Assembly: GCA_965202625.1 (NCBI GenBank)
Contig: CBDBBI010000010.1
Span: forward strand, 1,440,001-1,504,000
Length of the DNA: 64,000 nucleotides
Origin: a bacterium
GTDB taxonomy: Bacteria; UBA8248
Direction of reading: 5' to 3'
Below the pieces are notes generated by a model. It was not told the origin of the DNA, ran no database searches, and saw nothing but the letters and a program-made list of their open reading frames with translations. This document shows positions 31,445-40,579 of the stretch, in pieces (within the stretch, counting starts at the first letter, position 1; each line of letters begins with the position of its first letter). The translations under genes were made by a program, and so were the position numbers.

Positions 31445-32896
31445 CTACGAGGGAGCGTTCACCTTCGGCATCATCGCCTTGTAGAAGGGAATCTCCTTTC
31501 TGAGCTTGCGCTTGCCGATCTTGCGGACGATCTTGGCCCATTCGCTCTGAATGTCGCCCATGACCTTCTTGGCGCCCTTCTTCCGACCCGCGTAGGCCTC
31601 GGAGAGGTTCCGGTCCACGACCTCCTTGAACTCCTGGTAGCCCGTCACATACGGCGGCGGCGCGGTGACCAGGAGGTTGTCCTCCACGGACTTGATTCCC
31701 TCCGGAGTATAGACCTTCGACACCTGCGGGTCGGTCATGTGCTTGGGATGCCAGGGATCGTGGAAGGTGAACTTCGGATGGCCGACCACCTCGGCGCTGT
31801 TCTTGTAGGTGCTCATGTACATGGCCCACGCGATGGCCTGCTTCTTGCGCGGGCTGTGCCGGTTCACGACCATCCCCATGACCGGAGCCGAGAAGGCGCG
31901 GTGGATGAGCGTGCCGGAGAACCTGGAGCCCGGCACGAGGCCGTAGTGCCACATGCCCCTGGTTTTCGTCTTCGCCGTCGGGCTCTCGATGAGCGCGATG
32001 ATTCCGTCCCAATACTGACAGGAGAAAATCTGGCCGTTGCGAAGTCGGGGGATCATCTGCGGCGAACCCCAGGCGCTCGCCTCGGGGTGGGAGACATCCT
32101 TGCGCGCCAGCCAGGTGTCGAAGGCGTATTCGGCCGCGGGCGTGTTGAGCGTGGGGTTGGCGTCGTCGTCAAACGGAAAGCCGCCCGCGCTGTAAAGATA
32201 CATCCAGTACCAGAAGCTGCTGTTCGCCTTGTCGCGCAGGCCGCCGAAGCCGTAGAGATCCTTCTCGGGCCGGTGGAAATGCTTCATCATCTCCAACTCG
32301 TCCTCCCACGTGACCGGCCACTTGAGGGGCTTGCCGTGCTTGTCGGCGAACGCCTTGCGCTCATCCGGATCGTCGAAAAGGTCCTTGCGGATGAACTGCG
32401 GGCAGACGTTTCCGTCGGTGGGCATGGCGTAGGTCTGGCCCTGGTAGGTCATGAAGGTCTCGAAGTTGCCCACCATCTCGAGGTCGAAGCCCGCCTCCTT
32501 CATGTAGATGTCGAGGGGCTCGAGCATTCCCGCCGCCGCGAGGGAGGGAATCATCATGGATTCCACGTGAAAGATGTCGAACTTGCCCGAGCGCGTGATG
32601 GCCTCCGCCATCGCCCGCTGGGGAATCTGCAGGTTGGGAACGTCGCTGACCTTATCCATGGAGATGCCGGTCGCGTTCTTGAACTCGCGATTCAGGTCCG
32701 GATAGTTTCGCCAGTAGAGACCCCACATCATCCCGTTCAGCGAGGCGCCGCCCAGATTCTTGGCCGACTCGACGATGCGCTCCTCCTCCGGCCCGGCCTG
32801 CGCCTCGCCGGCGCTCCGCATGAAAGCGGGACCCGCCACCGCGGTGGCCAGACCGGCTTTCAGGAGGCTTCTTCGGTTCATCTTTTTGCCGCTCAT
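31445..32896 (-). CDS. ABC transporter substrate-binding protein (family 1), Tat-exported
   Basis: MNRRSLLK twin-arginine signal; Y.GQTYAMP.DG, RKDLF, P.TWE motifs. Confidence 0.88.
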   Translation of the reverse strand: MSGKKMNRRSLLKAGLATAVAGPAFMRSAGEAQAGPEEERIVESAKNLGGASLNGMMWGLYWRNYPDLNREFKNATGISMDKVSDVPNLQIPQRAMAEAITRSGKFDIFHVESMMIPSLAAAGMLEPLDIYMKEAGFDLEMVGNFETFMTYQGQTYAMPTDGNVCPQFIRKDLFDDPDERKAFADKHGKPLKWPVTWEDELEMMKHFHRPEKDLYGFGGLRDKANSSFWYWMYLYSAGGFPFDDDANPTLNTPAAEYAFDTWLARKDVSHPEASAWGSPQMIPRLRNGQIFSCQYWDGIIALIESPTAKTKTRGMWHYGLVPGSRFSGTLIHRAFSAPVMGMVVNRHSPRKKQAIAWAMYMSTYKNSAEVVGHPKFTFHDPWHPKHMTDPQVSKVYTPEGIKSVEDNLLVTAPPPYVTGYQEFKEVVDRNLSEAYAGRKKGAKKVMGDIQSEWAKIVRKIGKRKLRKEIPFYKAMMPKVNAPS

Positions 32897-33228
32897 CAGG
32901 GTGGTCCTCCCTCGTTCTTGGGGGATTGGACTCAGCGGGGGGGAATCCGCGTCGCGCTCTCTCAAAAACCCCATGAGCCACGACAAGGCGGACGATCCGA
33001 ACCCACGCTCAAGCCCACGCATGTAGTTTGTAACGCTTATAAGCGCGCATTCTCAACCGCGCGGCGATTTTTGTCAACAGACGAAACAGGCACGCGACGA
33101 CGGCGCTCGCTCGTAACAGGCGAACGCGGGAGGGGGCTCCTGCGACGGTCCGACCGGAGAACGGCCATGCGCGGGCGCCTTTCGTCCGACGGATCGGAGC
33201 GCGGGAAAGCGTCCTCGCGCCGCCTCCG

Positions 33229-34602
33229 CTAGAACTGCCGCACAAAGCGCAGCTCGAGGCGCCTGCGCTTGTAGTCGTAAAGTTGGGCGTTGGACTCGCG
33301 CTCCTCTTCCACCACCACGAGCTGCGGGCTAAAGCCGCCTATCGTGAACGCTCGATGAAAAACCGAGGCGCGCAGAATCCTCTCCCGATCCTCGCGGGAA
33401 GAGCCGTCTCGCACGAAGGGGAACCAGCTGACTTCGTAGTCCCTGCGGCGCACCTCGCCGCCTACGCCGAGCGTGAAACCCCACGGCAGGGCGTAGGAGA
33501 CGTCCGCCTCCGCGCTGCGGACGGAGTTGCGATGAAAAGTCGAATCGGGACGCTCGCGCGAGAAGCCGACGCCCAGGTTGAGACGTGCGGCCGGCGTCAC
33601 GAGCCAGGCGGCGCGAAGCGAGACGTCCCAGAGCGGCCCGTTGAGGTGTTTGAGGCGTCGATGTTTGCGGCGGCGCCAGGACGTCTGTCCCGAGAGGGAG
33701 AGCCTCGGCAGGAGGCGGCTCCTCCATTCCATGCGCCCGCCGAATTCTCGGCTGTAAGGCGCGCCGGCGACCCGGCGCATACCGACGGTGGCGAGCAGAC
33801 TGAATTCGCTCCGCTCGCCTACGAAAAAGCGGGGTCCCAGACGCGCCTCCGTCCACATCTGATCAAACTCGCTGCCCTTGTATTCGCGGCGGGAGAAGAG
33901 GGCGCCCAGGCGCAGCCGCGTCCGCTCGCCGATTGGATGCTGGTATTCCGCCCCGCCCCAGAACGCCACGCCCACGCCTGAACTGACGCGAGAGCCTTCG
34001 GAAAGCTCGAACGGCAAGCCCTGGATATATATGACGTCTGACGCCGATGCCGCGCCGATGTTGGTGTCCGGCGCGATGGCGAGCCCGAACCAGCCGCTCC
34101 AGCGCCGCCGCGCCCGTATCTTGCGCAGAAAGCCCCGGACGTTCGCAGCCACCACCGGATGGGGACGCCCCGCCAGCACGCGCTCGAAATGCGCGCGGGA
34201 GAGATCGTCCTTTTCCCGGAGGAAGAACGCCCGCGCCAGCTCCAGGCGCACGCGCACCAGGCCGGGGCGCTCGACGAGGATGGCGTGCAGGGCGGCGACG
34301 GCCTCGTCGAGCAGGGCGTTTTTCTCCGCTTCCGTCGCAGCGCGCGCCGAAGCCTCCATCGCCGCCAAGCCAATGAGGAAGCGCACGTCCGTCCTGTCGG
34401 GATGGTCCGGCGCGAGCGGGCGCAAAATGCGGAGCGCCTCAATGAAGCGTCCGCTCTTCACCATCGCGCGAGCGGCCTTCACCCGGGGATCAGAGGAGAG
34501 GTGGGAACGATCGGCGGCGAAGGCAAAGGAGTGGATAACGACCACGAACGCGACGAGGAGGCTGAATATGCAGGTTCGATGCGCCACGGAGCCCTTCCTC
34601 AT
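33229..34602 (-). CDS. Slam-like (DUF560) outer-membrane translocon with N-terminal TPR, type XI secretion-like
   Basis: Signal peptide; TPR P.LVRVRLELARAFF...S..HFE.VL; barrel beginning W.G.FG..IAPDTNI; SNA.LYDY; terminal RFVRQF. Confidence 0.8.
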   Translation of the reverse strand: MRKGSVAHRTCIFSLLVAFVVVIHSFAFAADRSHLSSDPRVKAARAMVKSGRFIEALRILRPLAPDHPDRTDVRFLIGLAAMEASARAATEAEKNALLDEAVAALHAILVERPGLVRVRLELARAFFLREKDDLSRAHFERVLAGRPHPVVAANVRGFLRKIRARRRWSGWFGLAIAPDTNIGAASASDVIYIQGLPFELSEGSRVSSGVGVAFWGGAEYQHPIGERTRLRLGALFSRREYKGSEFDQMWTEARLGPRFFVGERSEFSLLATVGMRRVAGAPYSREFGGRMEWRSRLLPRLSLSGQTSWRRRKHRRLKHLNGPLWDVSLRAAWLVTPAARLNLGVGFSRERPDSTFHRNSVRSAEADVSYALPWGFTLGVGGEVRRRDYEVSWFPFVRDGSSREDRERILRASVFHRAFTIGGFSPQLVVVEEERESNAQLYDYKRRRLELRFVRQF

Positions 34603-34781
34603 CCAATGCGCGCTGCTCCGCAGCCCGCGACCAGAACATGCGAAAAAGCCGGCGCGTTCTCGCACGTCGCGCACATGGACTGAAAAATCGAAAAACTCCT
34701 CAGTTTGTCGTGGAAGACATCCAGAATTTTCAACGCTTTACCTACCGGTGGGGACATCGCACTGAATACACCGGTACCGCA

Positions 34782-34866
34782 GTGAAGACGAAGCGGCAGA
34801 GATGCGCACCGGGCAGGCAAGGAGGGGAACGCTCCACCTTGCCTGCCCGGCGGCAATCGTCTTCAC
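34782..34866. other. Nested stem-loop between lipoprotein 1 and the Slam-like gene
   Basis: Perfect 14-bp stem CCGGGCAGGCAAGG/CCTTGCCTGCCCGG inside an outer GTGAAGACG/CGTCTTCAC stem. Confidence 0.7.
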
Positions 34867-34885
34867 CTGCTACACTCTTACTCCC

Positions 34886-36025
34886 CTAGGGGGTTGAGGA
34901 GGTTTGGGGCGCGGCGAACACGCCGACTGCTCTCGATACCCCTCCCCCCTCAGGGGCGCCCCGGACGCCGAACGTCCCGTGGACGGCGGCGGGATTGCCG
35001 TCCTCCCTCACGCCGTGGAACGCGCCGCCCCAGTTGCCGTTGAAGTTGCCCTCGTCCCGTTGGATTGTTCCCTGGAAGAAGCCGCCGTCATTCGCATTCG
35101 TGATATCCGCAACTCCCAGAGCAAAGTTACCATCAAACCCTTCCAGTGCCTCGCCGTCCTCATCTGTAAATTCGCTGAGAGTTCCCGATATACTGCCAAG
35201 ACCGCTGGCGCCGCCGAAATCAGCCTCCAGTGCCAGGGTCGCATCAAAGAACCCGACTTCACTAGAATCCGCGTCCGCATACGTATAGAGGCCGTTCGCG
35301 ACTCCCTCATAACTCGCCGTCCCTGTCAGTGCCTGGATGTCGGCCGCGTCGAAATGACGGAATCCGGCTGCAAAGGCGCCGACCTCGATCGGATCCGTAT
35401 CATTCGCACTCTCCGTATCAGTTGGAGTGCGCACCCAGACGCCGGCGGCAAAATAATCGGTGTCATCATCAGCATCAGCCGGGACGCTCGAATAGACCCT
35501 CATCAAAATCGTATCGCTGCCGTCGTCATCCGCATTCGGGATCTCATGGCTGATATCCACGCGTCGGACGGCAAAGCCTTGGCCGAAAAAGACTGAACCG
35601 TGCGCAAACAAGTCGTCTGCCACAGTGAGGGTGGTTCCGGTGTCTTCGGGGCCTAACGTCACCGAGCCCTCCAACTGACCCGAAGAATCAAGACGTATGT
35701 CGACGGCTCCCAGTGTGTCCATCGTTCGGGAGGCATCATCAAAGTTCGAGGACTGGACGACGGTGCCAGCGGAATCAACGGAGGGAATCGCCCTGGAGAC
35801 ATCTGCTATCCTTTCTCCTGTTACCACCCGGAGGTCCGGGTTGTTTCGGATCGGGTCCAGCAATGTCGAACTGCTACTACTTCCTCCTCCTGATGATCCG
35901 CAACCAGCGGAGACGAGGGCGAGGATGAGGGCGCTCGCCAGAAAGCCCCAGCGCTTGTAAAAGCACGGCTTTCTGATTCTTGCACCTGATTTCTGTCTGC
36001 GACGTAGCGCGGCAATATCATACAT
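34886..36025 (-). CDS. Surface lipoprotein 1 with TbpB-like C-terminal beta-barrel
   Basis: AGGAGG RBS; LALVSAG-C lipobox-like site, Ser/Gly tether; DY.AAGVW, GTASYEG.A.G.Y, L.ADFG, ISG, GNWGGAFHG, GTFG...GVF.A. Confidence 0.75.
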   Translation of the reverse strand: MYDIAALRRRQKSGARIRKPCFYKRWGFLASALILALVSAGCGSSGGGSSSSSTLLDPIRNNPDLRVVTGERIADVSRAIPSVDSAGTVVQSSNFDDASRTMDTLGAVDIRLDSSGQLEGSVTLGPEDTGTTLTVADDLFAHGSVFFGQGFAVRRVDISHEIPNADDDGSDTILMRVYSSVPADADDDTDYFAAGVWVRTPTDTESANDTDPIEVGAFAAGFRHFDAADIQALTGTASYEGVANGLYTYADADSSEVGFFDATLALEADFGGASGLGSISGTLSEFTDEDGEALEGFDGNFALGVADITNANDGGFFQGTIQRDEGNFNGNWGGAFHGVREDGNPAAVHGTFGVRGAPEGGGVSRAVGVFAAPQTSSTP

Positions 36026-36154
36026 AGTGTTCCTCCTATTTGGTTGAGGCCAAGCTACTCTTGCGCAATGGGCATATGCAATCTTCTTTACCATAATTAT
36101 CTATGAATTATCCAGGCGCGCGCAAGGCTTCTTTTTTATCAAATGGGACGACCC

Positions 36155-36344
36155 GCTTTGAGCGACTTTTTCAACGCCCTTGCACGGCCGTTTCCGAGCC
36201 GTTTTCCAGGCCATTCGCAATAATTCTTGTCCGGCTACGATACACCATGCGAAGTTCGCCGGATTCCAGGCTGCGGAACGGGGGAAGGCCGGGCGAATAA
36301 GAGGACGGCACCTGGGACGGCCAGACGATGAAAGGGCGCGCGCG
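36155..36344. repeat. Dispersed repeat, copy B
   Basis: Closely matches 38000-38213 and, in its first part, 16859-16943. Confidence 0.9.
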
Positions 36345-36351
36345 CGGACGT

Positions 36352-36446
36352 AAAAACGTCCTCCCCGGCGATGCGGGGAGGACGAGGTCTATTGGGTGCT
36401 TTGCAGTTCGACGCGCGTGTCCTCAAGCAGACGGCTCGGAGAGATG
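36352..36446 (-). pseudogene. Deleted remnant of the usp gene with its stop codon and terminator
   Basis: 36397-36446 is identical over 50 nt to 38665-38714 inside usp; the adjacent sequence copies the usp stop and terminator (38324-38380). Confidence 0.85.
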
Positions 36447-36570
36447 AGTCCATTCCCTATGAAACAGGAGGCAAACATAGCGAGCTCGGCACAACGACGC
36501 GCACCGGAGGGCAGCTCTCCATCTTGCCCCCGCCCGGTGCGCCCTTCTTCTACCGCGTCTCCGACTGCTG

Positions 36571-37725
36571 CTACGGGGTCTTGGGCGCGAGAAACACGCC
36601 GACTGCCTCCACCTCCCAATCAGGCGGCTCGCCTTGAGATGGGGCCCAGTCGCCCGAGAAACCGAACGTCCCGAGGACGGAGGCGGGCTTGCCGTCGGAC
36701 GCCACGCCGTGGAACGCGCCGCCCCATTTGCCTGCGAACCGGGCATGGCCCCCATCAATATTATTGCTCTCGGGGGCGATTTCTCCCTGGAAGAAGCCGC
36801 CGTCGCCCGTATTGGTGATAGCCGCCGCTGACGCGCCCCCCTCGCCTCGCAGTTCAAGCACCAAACCTTCAACCGCGTCTATGACTTCACCGTCCTCTAC
36901 AAGGTTGCTGAGCTCTCCGCTGATCGTGCCCAGCTGGGCAGCGTTGCCGAACTCGGCCGTCAGCTTCACGTCCGCATTGAACCACCCGGTGACGTTCTCG
37001 CCGGGATTCTCCTCGACCGTATACACGTAGAGGCCGACAGCGCCTTCATCCATACTATAAGTCGCCTGCCCTTCCAGGGATTGGATGTCGTTCATGGCGA
37101 AAGGCGTCGTTCCGGTTGCAAAGGCACCGAGTGCGAGGTCATCCAAATCTTCCGCGTCATTTGGAATGAGCAGCCAGATTCCAGCGGCCAGATAGTCGGT
37201 GTCCGCAGACGAACTGACATCCGAATAGATGCTCATCCAAAGCGTCTCGTCATCGGTCCTCTTCATGAGATCTGCGGTTTCTTCGGGGTCTTCGCCTCTC
37301 TCGAACAGGTCATCTCGCGTAGTTATGGTCATGCCGTTCAACGTTACCGAGCCCTCCAGCTGACCCTCCGCATTCAGGCGCATTTCAACGTTTTCCAGGG
37401 TGTCGGTCGTTACGAAGTCGCTGTCGACGTTCGTGGACTGGACGACGCTGCCTTCCTTGGGAATAGATTGGGAGACCTCGCTTAGCTTATCCCGCGTTTC
37501 TTCCCGGAGCATCTCATTGGCGCCGATCTGCTCCAGCACTGCGTTCGTGGAGGTGGTCGTGGGGGTGGGCGCGGCCGCCGTTCCACCGCCGCCGCCTCCG
37601 CCTCCGCAACCAGCGGAGACGAGGGCGAGGAGGAGGGCACTCGCCAAAAAGCCAGCGCTCCTGAAAGCGTGGTTTTCTCGTTTCTGCACGCGACGCAGCA
37701 CGGGAGCGTCCCTATACATACGCAT
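36571..37725 (-). CDS. Surface lipoprotein 2 with TbpB-like C-terminal beta-barrel, paralog of lipoprotein 1
   Basis: FLASALLLALVSAG-C, Gly/Thr tether; DYLAAGIW, GQATY, LTAEFG, GKWGGAFHG, GTFG...GVFLA. Confidence 0.75.
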   Translation of the reverse strand: MRMYRDAPVLRRVQKRENHAFRSAGFLASALLLALVSAGCGGGGGGGGTAAAPTPTTTSTNAVLEQIGANEMLREETRDKLSEVSQSIPKEGSVVQSTNVDSDFVTTDTLENVEMRLNAEGQLEGSVTLNGMTITTRDDLFERGEDPEETADLMKRTDDETLWMSIYSDVSSSADTDYLAAGIWLLIPNDAEDLDDLALGAFATGTTPFAMNDIQSLEGQATYSMDEGAVGLYVYTVEENPGENVTGWFNADVKLTAEFGNAAQLGTISGELSNLVEDGEVIDAVEGLVLELRGEGGASAAAITNTGDGGFFQGEIAPESNNIDGGHARFAGKWGGAFHGVASDGKPASVLGTFGFSGDWAPSQGEPPDWEVEAVGVFLAPKTP

Positions 37726-37999
37726 ACCCTTCTCCTTTTTTTACGATGAACAGAAATTCTTGGACCCAGAGAAATAAAATCTTTTTTACCATACCTATCT
37801 GGCGCGCGCCAAATACCTTTCATGGAGATCGCGCGCCCGACAAGCGGACCGCGGGCCCCAGACACGCTAAGGCAGCGGCGCGGCGCCATCTAAATGGGAG
37901 GACGCGCGCTGCGTCCCGCGACCATGGAAGAGAAGGAAAACGAATCCTCCGTTATCGCGGTCGTGGCTCCGGACAGACTCGCCGCCCGCAGGACGACTC

Positions 38000-38213
38000 G
38001 CTTTGAGCGACTTTTTCAACGCCCTTGCACGGCCGTTTCCGAGCCGTTTACGCACCGAAAAACGGCCGTTTTTCCAGGCCATTCGCAATGATTTTTGTCC
38101 GGCTAAGATGCGCCATGCGAAGTTCGCCGGATTCCAGGCTGCGGAACGGGGGGAGGCCGGGCGAACTAAGGGGACGGCACCTGGGACGGCCAGACGATGA
38201 AAGAGCGCGCGCG
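38000..38213. repeat. Dispersed repeat, copy C
   Basis: Matches copy B with a short internal insertion. Confidence 0.9.
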
Positions 38214-38333
38214 ATCGTCAAAGCCGGGCGGTTTCCCACACGTCGGCGACTCGCCTGAAATGCACGCTCCCCTCAAGCCGACGCGCACAGAAGAAGCCGC
38301 GCTTCCCGCTCGCTCCTTCTGTACGCGGACGCT

Positions 38334-38367
38334 AAAAACGCCCTCCCCGACGAGTGCGGGGAGGGCG
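38334..38367 (-). terminator. Rho-independent terminator of usp
   Basis: CGCCCTCCCCG/CGGGGAGGGCG stem followed by T5 on the minus strand. Confidence 0.75.
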
Positions 38368-38371
38368 AGGT

Positions 38372-38899
38372 CTATTTGGTACCGGAGGACGCGCTCGACT
38401 CCTTCGCCTCCTCCTCGGCTATCCTCTTCAAAGCCACCTTATCTCTCAGCAGAAACACCGGGCAGGGGGCGCGCCGCAGCACCTGCTCGGAGACGCTTCC
38501 GATCACGAAGCGGCTCACCATGTTGCGGCCGTGCGTGCCCATGACGAGAAGGTCGAAATCCCCGGATTCGGAGAAATCCAGTATCTCTTTCGCCGGCTCT
38601 CCGAAAATCACGATGGCCTCTATGGCCACATTCGATTCGACTTCTCGCACCATGAGGTCGAGATTGCTTTGCAGTTCGACGCGCGTGTCCTCAAGCAGAC
38701 GGCTCGGAGAGATGGCGCCTACGAGCTCTGCGCCATAACCGCCATACTTGGCTTGGTACTCAGGGTTTCTCGCCACGTGAATGGCCACGACCTCCGCCTT
38801 TCGATTCTCTCCAATCTCCGAGGCGACCTTGAGGACGCTCTTGCTGAGGCCAGAAAAATCAACGGGAGCCAATATCTTTTTCGGATCGTATATTCGCAT
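38372..38899 (-). CDS. Universal stress protein
   Basis: KILAPVDFS, GEPAKEI, DLLVMGTHGR, GSVSEQVLRRAPCPV. Confidence 0.93.
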   Translation of the reverse strand: MRIYDPKKILAPVDFSGLSKSVLKVASEIGENRKAEVVAIHVARNPEYQAKYGGYGAELVGAISPSRLLEDTRVELQSNLDLMVREVESNVAIEAIVIFGEPAKEILDFSESGDFDLLVMGTHGRNMVSRFVIGSVSEQVLRRAPCPVFLLRDKVALKRIAEEEAKESSASSGTK

Positions 38900-39219
38900 G
38901 GCAACTCCCTCCAGATGTAAAGAAACGTTGCAACACCCGCCGCATCCATCAACGTCACATGAAACAGAGCCTTCCCGCCCCCCGACCTCAAGGATGGCTT
39001 TCAGGTTCGCGCTTGCGCGTCCTGTGTCAAGCGGGACAACCGTCCAGACGCCTCACCCCGCCCGTCTCCCTCCATCCCCGAGAGGCCGACGCCTCGCTTC
39101 GGGAGACTCAAAACCCGTCGCCCATCCCCCATCCGTCAAACCCCTCTTCATGCTTCAAATATAGCCCTTGCCCCGCCATCTTTCAAGAAAATTCCGCTTC
39201 TGAGCGGGTCGCCCTCGCC

Positions 39220-40203
39220 TCAATCGATCTCCAACACCACGTTCCCGACGTTCTCGAAACGCTCCATGATCTCATGGGCGGCGGCGGTGTCCTCCAGGGA
39301 AAAGCGCGCGCCTATGTGGTGGGTGAGTGCGCCCGCCTCACATGCGGCGTTGACGTCGCGGCAAGCCTGGGAGATGGCGGCGTCCGGCATCGTATAGACG
39401 AACACCATGCGGATGGCCGTGTTGTTCCCCATCATCTGATACCAGGGCAGAACCGGCTCGGGGGCGCGCGTGGAGCCATAGGCTGCGACCGTCCCGTTTT
39501 GCTTGAGCACCCGGCGGGTGACCTCCAGATTCTCGCCGAAATCGACCTCGCAGATTCGGTCCACCCCCTCTCCGCCCGTGAGTGCCAGGACGCGCTCGGC
39601 GACGTCCTCCTCCTTGTAGTTCACGACGTGGTCCGCACCCGCCTCTCGCGCGATTCGCGCTTTCTCATCGCTGCTCGCCGTGGCGATGACGGCGGCACCC
39701 CCCCATTTTCCCAGCTGCACGCCGTAGCGGCCCACGGCGCCGGCGCCTCCGGTGACGAGCGCGGTCTGCCCCTTGATAGGCCCATCGAGAAACAGCGCCC
39801 TGTGGGCGGTCATCGCCGGAATCGCCAGGCATGCGCCCTGGGCAAAGTCCACCGAATCCGCCAGGGGCACCGCCTGGTGCGCGGGCAAGGCGACGAACTC
39901 GGCCGCAGTGCCATACGCCCTCTCCCATTGCGCGTTGAACACCCAGACGCGCTCGCCCACGCGGGCGGCGTCCACGCCCGCGCCCACGCTCTCGATGATC
40001 CCCGCCCCATCGGAATGGGGGATGACCCTCGGCCAGCGCATCTCGCCGCGCGAGCCCAAGCGCGCCTTGTAGTCGGAGGGATTCGCGCCCGAGGCGTGGA
40101 GCCGCACGCGCACCTCGCCCGCCCCGGGCTTCGGATTTTCGAGTTCGCCGACTTTCAGAACCTCTCTCGCCGGCCCATGTGACTCATACCAGACGGCTCG
40201 CAT
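39220..40203 (-). CDS. NADPH:quinone reductase (MDR/zeta-crystallin family)
   Basis: GANPSD, PHSDGAG, GERVW, VTGGAGAVG. Confidence 0.9.
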   Translation of the reverse strand: MRAVWYESHGPAREVLKVGELENPKPGAGEVRVRLHASGANPSDYKARLGSRGEMRWPRVIPHSDGAGIIESVGAGVDAARVGERVWVFNAQWERAYGTAAEFVALPAHQAVPLADSVDFAQGACLAIPAMTAHRALFLDGPIKGQTALVTGGAGAVGRYGVQLGKWGGAAVIATASSDEKARIAREAGADHVVNYKEEDVAERVLALTGGEGVDRICEVDFGENLEVTRRVLKQNGTVAAYGSTRAPEPVLPWYQMMGNNTAIRMVFVYTMPDAAISQACRDVNAACEAGALTHHIGARFSLEDTAAAHEIMERFENVGNVVLEID

Positions 40204-40579
40204 GTTCCCTCCTTGACGTGAGAATGATGAACTTCGGGACCCCTTTTTCGGGCCAGGGCGAAGCGCCGCTTTTCTTCGGCTTGCCTTTATATTATTGCAT
40301 TTTCTATTTTCCGCACGAACGATAGGAGATTCTCTGCCCGTTCTCCCCAAGAGTCGTCCCTACAGGAGCCGACGTCCATCGCCGCCGCGCTACGGGCGGC
40401 GGTGAACGAAACCCCATCGACCTCACTACGCCCCACGTGCACAAAGCGGGGAGGATACCAAAGAAACCTCTCATCCCGAAGGAAAATACGAAAATCCGAC
40501 GCGGGTCGGCCGCCTTCGGGCATGGGGAAGACATGGGACCACCCTACGGCGCCTTGAGGCAAAAACCAGCCTGTCTCCC

